Numbered from the stretch's first letter, positions 40,481 to 54,285 are shown. The stretch is 64,000 nucleotides of DNA from Chrysomallon squamiferum (GCA_012295275.1 CM022665.1:10850001-10914000); one strand, 5' to 3'. The notes: a model not told the origin generated them from the sequence alone. Made by a program: numbers and translations.

Positions 40481-40708
40481 GAAAAATAGGAAAGTACAGA
40501 TTTAGATAGTTTTTCAAACTACAATCACTGGTCTTTAATGCATTAGAATAAAAACAAATTACATATTTAAGAAAAAAATCATTTGGCTTTAGAATATATA
40601 AATGAAAATGTATGGAAAGTGCTGAAACAGAAATTGTTAAACCAGTAATAATGTGTACATTGTATTATTAAGTTCAGCAGTTAAAAGATAAATATACAAC
40701 TATACAAA

Positions 40709-40739
<31 letters not shown>

Positions 40740-42756
40740 TAATAAGTCAGTAATAATAATAATAATAATAACAACCAAACAGTAATAATCATAATCATAA
40801 TAGTAATAATAACAACAACTAATAAGTTAGTAATAATATTAATCATCACTGTCATAAAAATAACAATAATAATAATAATATTATGACAATAATAATAGTA
40901 GTAATAATAATAAATAAATAAACAAGAAAAATAAAATACTGATAATTTATCTACAATGTGGTCATTATAACATATATGAACTGTTGATCTATATTTTTTT
41001 CATTTTTTAATGAAAATGTTTTTGGTTTTTTTATTGTTAGAAAAAGAAGAAAAAGAGAAAAGGTTTGCTGCCATATAAAGATAATAAATAAATAATTAAA
41101 ATTCTTCTTTACATTACACTGTGATTTAAGTTTGAATTAACATTGAAAACAAAAAGATGAACAAAATGAGACAGCTAACTATAAAATATGTTAGCATGAA
41201 ATTTCATCAGAATTGTTAAGCATGTTTCATGTATTGAAAATATTATTCAAGGTAAATCAATTATAAATAGGATTTTGATGTCTTAAAATAAACTAAGTAC
41301 ATAATAAATAAATAAATGAAACATAATATTTTAAAGAAGGAAATACTGATTTAAACAAAATGTTTAATATGAAATAAAAAAATATTTTAGAGTACAAAAA
41401 TACACAAAAATATTTAATGTCATAATAAAAAGAGAGAAAACAACTATCACAGTTTTAAAAATATACACTAGATTTAATATCTAAGTAACTGTTTGTTTCT
41501 CTTTTCAGAGATTTTTGTAATCGCAGATGTAATTTCAGTATTGTTTAGTTTCTATAGTGATAAATTGTCTAAGTCAGAATAAAATAATTTTTATTGTAAG
41601 ATATATTACATTAACAGAGGACTTTAAATACTGCAGACAGCTAATGTTGTATCTTTTGGATTACTCCCATTTGTCAAATAATGGTTTTAAATACTGAATG
41701 GATGAAAACAAATAATTATAATGGTTTTGCATTTCTAATCTGAAATGCTTGGAATCCTGGATTTTGCAAAATGAAATGACTGATAAATTGAGGAAGAAGT
41801 TTAAAGTTAAAAAATCTGTTACAATTCTTATACAGCTTGCAAACATAGTCTGAAGATAATATTATTCAATATTCTTAATAATTTTGTGCATGACAAAAAT
41901 AAATGGTTGCTGTACTCTGATCCGAACACAGAAAGGTACACTATAACTAATTTGGCTGTTCCAGAAAAGGTTTTGTATTTCATAGTTTTTCTGATTTCAA
42001 GGTTTTCCAGATTCCTGATAGCATCTGCTAAACCAGAACTGCCAAATTTAAATAATTTTGCTGAAATTGTGTATTGTAAATATTTTGGAACATCTTCAAA
42101 AAATGGATTGTAATTTGATAAATTTGTTCCAGACTCAACAACAAAAAAGATTTAAAACAGACTAGTGTGGTTCATTAGTTTTTAAAATTCATTTCCTATA
42201 GTTATTATGAAACAAATCACAGCAGAAAACAAGCTGGAATTTGGAATAAAACTAGATGTAACAAGTTAGTATTTTAAAAAACAAAATTCAATTTTAATGG
42301 AAACATTTCTAAAGTATTTCACCATGCTGATAATATGATACTTCTAGATAACAATAAATATATTAAATTTGCCTATTATTTCTAACATGCTCTGTTAATT
42401 TTACTCATAAACTTCAGACTATTGTTTCCCTTGTTATTTATTTTATTTTCAAACAACAAATTTTTAATCACAAGAACAAAATTAAGATAATCCATAGAGA
42501 GAATTGGTCATGGGTTTTGAACATCAAAGTAACCAGCTCTGCTTTTAATGAGTGAAAATAATTGTTTTTTACAGGTGAACAAGTAACTGTTATATCATCA
42601 ATCTCAGAATTAATCTTGACACTGAAAGAAACTGTCAGATTACTTCTTGTCAGTGCATGTCATCAGAAATATTTGTCAAATCCTCTGTTTTGGGATTATA
42701 TTTTCGCAGAGTTAGTTATTTTTCATTGAAAAACCTGGACCAGTTCTGTGCTAACA

Positions 42757-45700
42757 TTATGATGGAGACAGATCCTGTTGTTTTCTTATCAGTGTGCCAA
42801 TGATGTCTGCATAGTAAACACCAAACACAGATCTGTTGTGCGAAATCAGTCGCAGAAAGTTTCCAAGATGCTTGGTCAAATCAGACTCCACAGTCGAGAA
42901 ACCAACTGGAACTTTAAGAGACTGAACCTGTCGCGAACTGATCGATTCTTGAATGAAAGACAGAACTCTTGTCACTAAGAATAGAAATAAAATAAATTCA
43001 ATTAACAAAAATTTAAAATTAATTACATCAAATATTCAATCATTAAGAGATATTAAATATTAATGAAATGTTTTACCTAACAACTTTAGTAAACAAAACT
43101 GAAAAACTAAAATATTACTCTAAAAATAAATATTCCATGACTAAAAATATTTAAAATATTGAAAAATTAACATATTTTACAAAATGTTTTCTGTAAATAA
43201 ACTTGAACAAAATAAAATATTAAATAATTAAATTACTGCAAACAATAAGAGAAAAAAAAATTTAAAATATATAATTTGTAGATATATAAATTAATTATTC
43301 TGCCAATAAAATCAAAAATACATTTTAGAAAATATACTGAAAATTTAAAATATTAACTATTATATCTGAAAACTAAAAACAAAACTGAAAAAAAAGCAAG
43401 TAAATAATAAACATTTAAAAAAATTAAAATTATAAATACTTACACATCAGCTGAAAAACTGGATGCTGTGGAGATGAGACATCCGTGATTTGACCCACAA
43501 GAGCTTTCTGCTTGTCCTCAGAAAGGATGGGGAAGCCATGTTCTTCTAGACTGTTATTCACCTCTTTCTTCAACTGCTCAGCAACATTTAAAATGTGGGT
43601 TTTCACCCCACTAAAATAAACAATAGACATTTTAAATTTGTTGACTATCAATTAATCTTACATACATAAATACATAATAATAATTAAAATTTAATTATTT
43701 ATTTCCATTCAAAAGTATAATTTAGGAAAAAATAGTTAATAATTTCTTCTTTGAAATATTTATTTATTTAATGGCTAACATTTGCTTAGTCAGCTTTCAA
43801 ACTAAATTTAAATTATTTCCATATAACACTAGTTTATTAGCCTGAGTATTCTCAGCTGACCATTAAGTCACTATTTAGGTCAATTTAAACATGTCCAATG
43901 ATTTCCAAGACACTGATTTTATGACAAGGGTCTTGGGTTTCTTCTAGTAGTGTGTGTATGGTACCAGCTAACTCAACAATGACCTATCAAAAGGAATGTA
44001 ATGCCAAAATTATAGTTAAATGAGTATATTACTATTATTAGCCAGTATTGATGCCAACTGTACAATTGGCAAAGATTGGCCAAAAAACAATGTAGACCTA
44101 TCTCTGGCAGAAAATCAGTGATATCCATCCAAATGACGTGTTCTCCACCAGAAGATACTCAGGCTATAAGTTTATCTGCACATTTGAAATTTTATAAATA
44201 AAAAGCCTCAGAAACAAAATATAATACAGACCACATAAGAAGAAAACAAACAAAAAAAGAAGCATCATTTTACTGTAAAAAATTAATATTTTGTAAAGCA
44301 TGGCATTCCATCTGTAAGTAAGAAAAATGTTTTACAGAACTGGGGCTTTATATTTACAAAACAACGTTTACCTTTACTTAGTTATCCATTAAGAAAAACT
44401 CACGCTTCTGTTACATCCTCCAAAATGGTGGCGATACGAGACTTCAGGACTTGCTTGAGGTCTTTGATTCCAGTAATGGATTCACCCACAGTGCTATAGG
44501 TGATGAGCAGAATAGAAGCCATTAAAGACAGACGCCGGATAGCTTTCTGTAGCTGCTGGAGTCGTACCTGATCCATCAAAAGAGTCTGTAAAATAAAACT
44601 GTCATTAACCACATGTAATAAAGAAACAAAAACATTTTTTTGTTACTGTTAATATATGTAGTAAAAAAACAACGGAAAAACCCCCAAAGAATCCCAAAAG
44701 TGTAAGATAACATCTTGTCAAAATACAGTATAAAATGAATGTTGGAATCTGTTCATTATTTTGGTAATTTTTTCTAAAAAGCTGAATTATTTTATTGTGG
44801 TTGCTTTTTAAATACATATGAAAATAAATTATTAATACATTTTTATTTTAAAACCTGTATCCTAATTATTTTACTGACATGTATAACCAGTTTTATTATA
44901 GCATCTTTCTGTTAACAACAGAGATTTTATTTATGTAAGACTACTCTCAGCATTTGTCTTAACGTAACTTGAGAAATAACACATAATTTAAAAACATTTT
45001 TCACTAAATAAATGTCTCAAGTAAAACCAAGATTAATTAAAATTATATTACAGAACAAGCTCACTGCTACATTAAAAAACTGATCTGAAAATGAAAACAA
45101 AATTTGCCAGTAAAATACTGGTTCTGACTTTTAATTTACTTTTCTGAAATATTACTTCCTAAGTCATTATGGTTTATATAATGTCACAAAAATATAACAC
45201 TGATACCTCTGGAAAGAGTTGCTTTTCTTCGTCCCATTGCAAGAGCTCCATGTACGCTTCATTCATGATGTTTGCTGGAGTGACATCAGATGATGTGGTA
45301 CCAGCATCTCTCTGTTCTTTTTGATAAAGTTTTTCAAAATTTCGCTTCAGCCACATCTTTGTAAATTCAAGACCATCCACACCATTTTCTGAAGACAAAT
45401 GCACAAAAATATTTAATTTACACTCAGGTCATAAAATAAAATATTTAAAAGAATAAATATAAACAAGCTGAGACTAAATGAAAGATGTTTTATCACTAAT
45501 GAAAACCGTTTAAATTTCGACTGCAATAGATCATAAGATGCCTTTGAATAATATTCATAATTACCTCTGTTTGAAATGATGGAAATTACTTAAGATATAA
45601 CAGACAAATAAACAAAGGTCAATAAGTGCTATTATCAGTAAGATCTGTAACATACCTTCCTGAGTCTTAAGAAACTCTTTAAATTTGGTCCGTTCGTATT

Positions 45701-45863
45701 CCACTGACTGCTGCTGTAGATATGGTCTCATCTGCTGAATTGTAAAATTGGCCATATCCATCTTCATCAGGTCAAGTACAGCAAATATTTCTCTGTAAAT
45801 CAAAAAAGGTAACTTTATTTAGATGTAAATATTTAATATTTTTATTATTATTATTATTATTAT

Positions 45864-45908
<45 letters not shown>

Positions 45909-48890
45909 GTGGGTTTTCTTAATTTTAAAATAAGATTCATATGATCAAAATGAACAAAAAAGTATTGTATTTAAGGCTGACTTAGGCTTACATTTACAAG
46001 TGAAAACTGACAGGAAACAAATCATGAACAATATTCTAAACCTCAAAATTCCTATTAATTTTCAACCATTTTATTTGAAAAAGCATAATCAGAATTTAAT
46101 AATTCCTTAAATTTGAATATTAATCTTATTTTGAGTCAGACTTCAGGTTAGGATCAAAAGAAATATTTGTTATATGTAAAAGAAAATATATATAATAGTA
46201 ATATATATATGATTAGTACTTGAAAAGAGGAACAACATCTTTCTTCTCTTTCAGATCAGCAATTTGTTTATCTCTCACAGGAGCGCACAGTTTTGCCGTA
46301 ACTCCAATGACATAATTGGAGTAGTAGTAGATGTCAAAAGCACCATTTTCAATTTGCTGTTTAATCAGCTCTAGGTCCAGAACTTCATGAATTTGTGCTC
46401 GGAATCGAATATGTTGTGGCAAAAGGAGAGATAGCAAACCCTGAAAAATAAATAAAATGTATTTAAAAATTGTTTTAGATGCATCTCAGTAAAAAGTAAA
46501 AACTGAGTTTTGACTTATATTATGCTTTAAAAAAAAAAAAAACATTAGTAACATTTAACAATTGATGTGATTTCTTATTTTATTTGTTAATTCAGGTTTA
46601 TTATTACTTATTATGACAAATTAGGAAAAAATAAGGAGGTTACAGCTAGCAGGAAAAACAATCAGAAGTAAAATGTTGCTGTTATATAAATATGTATCAT
46701 GTTGTCATTTGATGCCAAAACCACTGGATGCACAACAAGAAATATATAATACTTTAATTCTTCTTTACATATCTTAAATTACACAATGTAGTTTTTTACA
46801 AATCTGATTAACTGAAAAAAAAAAAACAGCACACAATAAACCTGAACTTTTATTATGTGCTTTCATGTACTTACAAACTTAAATATACTGCTATGGGAAA
46901 CAACTCTACTTTGTTTTCTAATGTCATGATTATTCAACAATCTGCAAGAAATCTATATAAACCAAATTACATTTGTTTCTAGCTCAAAAATAATTTGGTC
47001 TCAACTAACTGTGTGAATAAGAATCAACATTTTTGGTAGAGATTATGAATATTACCTCTTTAATTTCATTAATTAGCTGTATGGCCTGACTGTAGTCTGG
47101 AGGGTCTTCAGCCAGCTTCGCTTCCAGACTGTCCCAAAAGGCCTTGTGAACAATATCTGTTACCTGCTTCTGGATACTACAAGATACAAATCAGTGAAAA
47201 TCATTTTGTTAACAACAACAACATTTTTATGACATAGAACAAATAAATAACAAATTAAATTTTCATAAAATTTTGTTATTGCTTTCCTGGAGTTGTTGAC
47301 TGTATCTGCAAATGAAATTCATACAGTTTATTCCAGCAGCAGAATACTGTATCTATATATGTAATTAATACAATTAAAAAACTAAAGATCTGTACCATTA
47401 TTTTGATTAAGAAAAAAACAAATGTAATGAAAGTAAATGTATCTACATCAGCTTTAAAAAATGAACTGTCACCAAAATTACAAATTACTTATTTCAATCA
47501 AAAGCTACTTCTGAAAACTGAGATAATTACAAGTCATGCATTTACCAAACACGAACTAAAAAAATAAAAAAGTATATTCAGTAAAATACACCATCTCAAA
47601 AATGTATAGATTCTTATACAAACTTATCTATCAACAAACTAATAGAATATCAAAATAAAGGTTTAAAATAAAAAATTTAAAATTATAAAATTAAAAAAGC
47701 CAAAAATTCATATTTTGATATATTATGAAACAAAAAAAATTCAATAAAATAACAACTATGTTCAAAATTAAAGAATTGTTATAAATAACAGAAAATAAAA
47801 AATTAAAAGAGAAATAGAAATACTTTTTAACAATGACTTATAATATAAATACAAAGATGATCCAATGACATCTACATACAACTAAGAAAAAACACCAGTA
47901 GATGATAAATTATCTGTTTCGTGATTAAACAGAGTATCATAAACATACCTATCTTTGTTGTGATCACTGGGTTCAAGTTTGAAATCACCATTGACAACAA
48001 TCTCATGTGCCAGTTTCATTTTTTCAACACCATCAGCAGCAGCCATTAGTTCTTCAAAGGTAATAAACTTTGGTGGTGAAGCTACAATGAACAACAAAAA
48101 CCACTAAATTAAATATATTTTGATATGACAAAATGAATACATTTTCTGATAAACAGTTCTATAAATTATAATACAGTTGAAACAGATTTAGACACTTATG
48201 TAGAACAATCATAATGTTAAAACAACATAAAAAAAAATGTTTAGAAATTAATCTTTCTTAAAAGATTAAAATAATTGGTTTTTTTATATATTTACTGGTA
48301 ATATTTTTCTTTACGATGTATAACTTAATAATAACTATATTTTTACTATATTTTAAAGTTTTGTCAGACTTATATATTAACAAAAGAAGTTAAATGTTTT
48401 TGATATGACTAAAAGAACAAATGTTCTAAATGCATACTGCTATAAATTATACTATAGCTGATATACATTATAAACATTTATACAGAATATTCAAAATGTT
48501 TAAACAAATCTAAAAAAAAATTAAATTAAAAATTAAAAATATATTCATCATTGTTAAAAAATTAAAATTAACATTCATAAAATTTCTGATAATATTTTCC
48601 TTTAGACTTTATGAATATAATAAATGTGTTTTTACTTTAGAAAAATGTATAAATATTGCCAGTTAGGTTTTCCATGTGATCATCTTGCTGTGATGGATGA
48701 TTAATTTTAATAATGTGGGGATTTTTTCTGCTCATGTACCTGGCACGGTGAACAAACTCTGGTTGTTTTGGGATATATTTGGACTTGGTGTCCGAGTGCG
48801 ACGCTTCTTCGCTTCCTGGTCTTCTTTACTGTCCTGAACTGAATGTTCCTCTTGTAGGCCATGTTGTGCAGTTTCCTTGTTCTCTGCCAT
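42757..48890 (-). CDS. TCP11L1: T-complex protein 11-like protein (TCP11/SOK1 family), 9 coding exons, 503 aa
   Basis: Exons (minus): 48740-48890, 47949-48081, 47056-47176, 46220-46440, 45656-45792, 45207-45388, 44404-44585, 43444-43610, 42757-42974. Total 1512 nt, phases consistent. Family motifs [83 protein letters not shown]. The symbol marks family membership; it is probably co-orthologous to TCP11/L1/L2. Confidence 0.95.
43838..44166. mobile_element. Non-autonomous DNA transposon with TAG...CTA termini and about 9-bp TSD (Academ/AcademH-like), 329 bp, in a TCP11L intron
   Basis: Perfect 12-bp TIR TAGCCTGAGTAT / ATACTCAGGCTA. Flanks ctagtttat (43829-43837) / taagtttat (44167-44175), 7/9 match. 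The superfamily assignment is inference. Confidence 0.72.
48119..48640. repeat. Diverged tandem duplication, about 280-bp period, intronic
   Basis: tttgatatgac..ctataaattata..aatgtt.aaacaa..taaaaaaaaa starts at both 48119 and 48399. Confidence 0.7.
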
Positions 48891-50543
48891 ATCTTGTCCT
48901 TAGAACTATAAATCAATGAATTCATGATAATCAGCATAAAATAATGTGAAATTAATTACTGGTTTTTAGTGTAGTTTTTAAAGCTTGATCAATTAACAAA
49001 ACTTTTTTTAAAATGTATTATCTTTTTCTATATTTTACTTTTAGTTGCTCTGTTATATCATATAGATGTCATTTTATTTGTTTAAAATACAGTCCATGAA
49101 AACCCCTGAAAACCTTTTTCTTTTTTCTTTCTTTTTGGGGATAATTCATCAACTGGGGACATCCATCAATTAACAGTGTGATAATTCTTTTCCATTTTTT
49201 GTTGTTATTTTTTGTTTTAATTATTAAAATCTTTAAAAATAATTATTTTCCTAAATTATAAATCTAATAATAAACATTACTGGTTATGTACATATTGTTA
49301 TAAAATTCTATTTTTAAATATTCAGTTAACAGAAGGGATTAAATCAAAAATAATACTGAACTGAATGTTGTTTTGAAATGTTGCCAAGTCACAGTATGAA
49401 AGTCATAAAGAAATAAATGTAAACTCTTTGTTACTGTTTTTCATTATATCTTCAGGTTAGCCTGTCTTTAAATAACCATTACATGAAAGCACGACATTTG
49501 TGACCTTTCTGGTTATTTGCCAACTAGATACATCATGTTGTTTCAGTGCAAACAAAGGAGTTAAATAAAATCAAGCTTTCTAATTAAACAAAACAATTAG
49601 AGAAATTTGAAGTTTTTAGTAGAATAATTTCAGTGGTTTGTAAAACAAAATTTTTGAAAAGTTATTTTATTTCATTCTTTCTTTCTTTCCTTTTTTAAAT
49701 TTTATTTATTTATTTATATTTTATGATTATTATTATTATTATTAATAAATAAAATAAGAAAAATTTGTTTAAATATACTCAACCAACAGCTATGAATTGT
49801 ATTTTCATTAAAGTTTTAATTAAGTGTTCTTGACTTGCACTTTCACTTGTAAACTGTATTGGCTGAAAATTTAAAAGCTTAGACTACATACTTACGTGCA
49901 CTTTTGAAATGATTTTTAAAACTTTAAGTGATAATTAATAATTTAATAAATAAATATGAAAATAACTTGTTAAATCCTGAAATATTACACAGTAATGAGA
50001 TAAATAACTAAACTAACGTATTTTCATACAAACTTATGCATTTTGAGTGATATTAACGAGAAGTGGAAAAAGAGCAATAAAAAAAAAAAAAAAAAAAAAA
50101 ACCGTTAATTTATAGAAATTTTAACATGTGTTTATTCAATAAAGTACCAGAAAGAATTCCAATCATTCCACCAACCTGTTTCAAAAAATATATATTAGAA
50201 ACAAGAATAAGATGTGAATTAACTGCAAATTCCGTAATTTACTCAAAAATCAATTTGAATTCAGAAAATTGTGTCACTAATTCTCATAATAAATCAGTAA
50301 TCTAAATTTGTTCTGCTAATTCAGCATTTAAAGATTAAACTAAAACTAATAAATGTTCACAAAATAACCAATGTTAAAATACTAATTACAAAGAAAATAT
50401 AAAAAAACCGTTATCTGAACTGAACAGCTGAAAAAAAAAAAAAAAAAAAAAAATCGTCTGCAGCAGCGAAGCTATTGTGACCTACTAAAATTGGCTTCTG
50501 TTTATTTATTCATATATTAACTTCTACAAATTTTGTTACTCAC

Positions 50544-50720
50544 CATAAGAATGTATACTGCAATGTAAGCTATGAAATCAGACAGAAGTAACTAGTTTCA
50601 AACAAAACAGTTCTCTAATCTGAAAAATTCTGGAATAGTCTGCCGTTAACAAACAAAAGATCAAGGTACGCCAAGCTTTGTTTACGGAGGTGACGTCAAA
50701 TTTGAATTGTGGGATGACGC
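50544..50720 (-). promoter_or_regulatory. Putative non-coding first exon and proximal promoter of TCP11L (full CRE and FOXO-type site)
   Basis: The ATG exon is preceded by a splice acceptor (about 48900-48907), so an upstream UTR exon is expected. Minus-strand donor GTGAGT at 50538-50543; TTGTTTAC at 50678-50685; TGACGTCA at 50691-50698; half-CRE TGACG at 50715-50719; CpG-enriched. TSS not determined. Confidence 0.55.
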
Positions 50721-50812
50721 TTGATACTATTTTTAAACATTGACCAAGTTATAACTGTGAGCCCAAATAATAATTACGTTAAAATCTACAGATTTTAAAA
50801 ATATAATTAAAG

Positions 50813-50846
<34 letters not shown>

Positions 50847-51272
50847 CACCTGCTATGTAGAAATGCTGTTAGTATTAAACCAAGCAACAACAACAGTAAT
50901 AGGAAACTACATTATTTTATGTTAAACCAAATATAATCGTGTGTGTGTGTGTGTGTGTGAATAAATCAAACTGTTGGGGGTTTTCTTGTATGTTTTACCA
51001 ATAAATAAATATGAACGAGACAATAATATTTATGTTATAATCATTTGAATTCTTGTGCTAGAATCCAGAGAATCTGGACACTTAATGTACTCAACAGCGC
51101 CTGTATATATGGTCCGCCATACTGGTTTGACCTATATTTCCTAGCTTCATGTCCTGTTTCTCTAAACACAGCATGATGGAGACTTTGAAGTCTTGTCCTT
51201 CTGTTTATTGCACGAATTGCATCTCATATTATGGGAAAAGAAATCCAAAAAAAAAAAAAAGTTTAATTTTAG

Positions 51273-51526
51273 CAGTGGCGTGCAGAGGGGAAGCCGAAGG
51301 GGCATACAAATGGGCGAGCATCCAATCAGAGAAAAGAACTTAATAAATTTGGTTGATTTATATTTAAATCGAATAAAGCGTTTATTTCATGTTTCATCTA
51401 TGTTTATATATTCAAAATATCTTCCTTTCTCATAATATTTCTCAGTACTAGGCCTTATACTTCAGTTTTTGGGGCATACAACCAAGGAGTTGGCCACGAG
51501 CATCACTAGACCTCTGCACGCCACAG
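51273..51526. mobile_element. Non-autonomous hAT-type MITE, 254 bp
   Basis: TIRs CAGTGGCGTGCAGAGG / CCTCTGCACGCCACAG (15/16). Perfect 8-bp TSD aattttag at 51265-51272 and 51527-51534. Internal direct repeat ggggcatacaa at 51299 and 51471. Confidence 0.92.
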
Positions 51527-52867
51527 AATTTTAGAAAGACGACATGGTAGACAGCACTTCGTTATGGATACACAATTGTGTATCACGAACATCGTTCATA
51601 CAGTACTTTTTATACTCATGGAGTTAACTCTATCAAAGCTGGTTCACCTACGAATCGGAAAGTGTCAGATCATGTCAGTGGTTAAATCTGGGTTGAAGTG
51701 ATATCGAAGCCGGTTACGTATGCCTCCAACCTGGTTAATATATCATCATTTGGGCACATGCTTGAAACTTGGTTCAAAACATACTGTAAACAAAATAAGT
51801 AATAACACAGTAGTTCACTTATTCCTTATTTGCTTCATAAACTCCACACCCACATTAAAAAGGTTCTCAAAAGCATCTTTTCCAAAATCACTTCTTAAAT
51901 TTTAGCCAAGTGATATCCAGCTTCTGCTCCATTTACATCCTTATCAGTATACACTGCAGGTAACTTCTGTACGTACTATTACAGTATAATTCATTATTCA
52001 TTTAGTTTTTGTCCATGTGTTCGTAATATACTTTCATCGAAACTGCTTTGAGTAGTGGTTTCAGGATGAAAGGGCAGTTAGCAAATCATCTTTATTATTA
52101 TAATATTATAGCCTTTACTAGCAAGCACTAAAAAGCTCGATGTTTAAGAAAACTGCAATTTGTTAAAAGAAAAAAAGCTGAACACCCTAAACATTAACAT
52201 TTCAGATGTTCTAATTTATCCCTTCTAAATGTATTTCATCAACCAGATATTTTTACTCTTTTTAATTTGTTATGAAAAAAATATATTTGTAGTACAAGTA
52301 GAAGATTTAAATTTTTTTTACGATGTGAATGGTCTAGCGCAAATGAACGATTTTTACCAACTTTGGCTTCACATATCAATGTAAATTTACTTTGCCGAGA
52401 TAAGAATAAAAAAATTAAAATGCCTGTTTGCAACATATAGTATAACATATGAAATAAGTTTGTCAGAGACAACTTCGCTTTAGAATGGGCTTTTAAAAAT
52501 TCAGATTTGTAAAAAGAGTCCCAAAAAAGTAATTTAAAAAACAAACAAAAAGAAAGAGAAAAAAAGTCATATATTTGAAAATATTTGACTGACATCTTCG
52601 AATTTTTTATCACTGAAATCAGGATAAAAGGATCTACATGGATAATTAGGCGTCAACCTTTCATTTCCCAAACAGTACCTTCTTTATGACACTTCTGAAT
52701 AAAATAAATATAATTATTATAGCATTTTGTCATATTAAGCTATTATGATAAATATAGAGGGGAAAAAAAAAAAATAATAATAACAATAGTAAATAAATAA
52801 ATAAATAACAAATTAGTGGCACGCGGCATGTTTTGTTGTCTTTTTAAAACATAAACCTTATAATATA

Positions 52868-53051
52868 TATTGTTTCTTAAACTGTTCAGTTGTTTACCCA
52901 AGGGTGAATGACGTTATTTTGGGTAAGTGAAACCTGAGACAAACATTTAAAAAAAGAAAAAAGAAAAAAATAGAAAAACGTAAGAAATTTAATCAGACTG
53001 TAAGATCAAGATTCTTAGGGGAATGAAACTGAAATAGTTTGAGAAGTACTG
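52868..53051. mobile_element. Possible degraded hAT MITE
   Basis: 3' end aatagtttgagaagtactg is a hAT-like terminus. 5' tattgtttcttaaactgtt matches its reverse complement at 13/19. No TSD. Confidence 0.3.
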
Positions 53052-53125
53052 CCATATTATTATTACTGTTTTTCTTATGTTTGTTTTGAAGTACACAAAT
53101 ATAGTTTATGACATCGCTTTAAAAT

Positions 53126-53166
<41 letters not shown>

Positions 53167-54039
53167 CAACCGCGTAAATATTTTCAAAATTCTATCTAGA
53201 ATGCGAATGAATGTTCGAATTTGTTTAAAAATAGCTACTGGACTTAAATTTCTGCAGTCTAAAAAATAATAATAATAATAATAATTTTATTAATTGCAAA
53301 TTAAATTTTAATTAAGGCTGATATATATTTTTTTTAATTTTATTTTAAATCAGTGTTAATGATTTGGTTTAACAAACTACTATTTTATAATTATATAAGG
53401 TGGAAATTTATTATTATTATTGTTGTTATTTATTTATTTAAATTTAAATATTGCAGGTGGCGGTGACCAAGACCGATTGTATCACTTAGGGGTCTAATTA
53501 AGTACAAATTCAGTTGAATAGAAATAATTACTTTTACCAGTTAATTAGGTTAATCAGAAGCGTAGTTAGACGAATTGTTTGTCAGATATATATAAAGTGA
53601 TTGATGTTAATTCGGATGAAATATTAACTGGTATACATATACATAACTGACCTATACATATATATTAATATTTTAATTAATCAATTTATTTATTTATTTA
53701 TTGTTGTTGTTGTTGTATAGTTATTACTTTGGTTCACTACGTTAACATACCGAAGTATAAAATATTAATAATAACAGCTAGTAACAAAAATATTTTTAAA
53801 TATAGCTTAATTTTATAATGGATATATTATTTATATAATATTAAATTATATAATATTATACAGTATTTTTATAATAAATAAATAAATAATGAAAGAAAAT
53901 TAAAAAGAAAGATGAAAATCAATCGTGCAAAAGCAACATTATGAAGTATTATTGTCGTTAGTCTGTAACAAACCTATTATGTTGAAATAAAACATTTTTT
54001 TTTTTTTTTTTTTTTTATCATTTTGTAACATAAAATGTG

Positions 54040-54285
54040 ACGAAATCGTGTAAACGTAAACATTACTCATTTGTATTTCGAAAAACTGTACTCCCCATTA
54101 CTTTAAAAAAAAACACACATTTTAATGTCATTAACAAAAACAGTAGCTACATAAAAATCTTTCATGCGACCGAGTGACGCCTTCATGACCCCAAGCGCAA
54201 TCAACAGGTACTCGACTATATTTAGCACTCGCGGTGAACAGTGGGATATCTTTTACGAGAAGGGAGGCAGTTTCAAACATCAAAC
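54040..54285 (+). promoter_or_regulatory. Putative promoter/5'UTR of the DEPDC gene
   Basis: GC- and CpG-enriched island immediately upstream of a good Kozak ATG (caaacATGg at 54286). Confidence 0.55.

Noticed and set aside
48707-48937. ORF MLIIMNSL... as TCP11L exon
   Set aside because: Wrong frame; the ATG at 48890 gives the phase-1 junction needed for ASPPKF.
51149-51435. Two overlapping ORFs in the divergent intergenic region
   Set aside because: They run through a poly-A tract and the MITE; no transposase or other motif.
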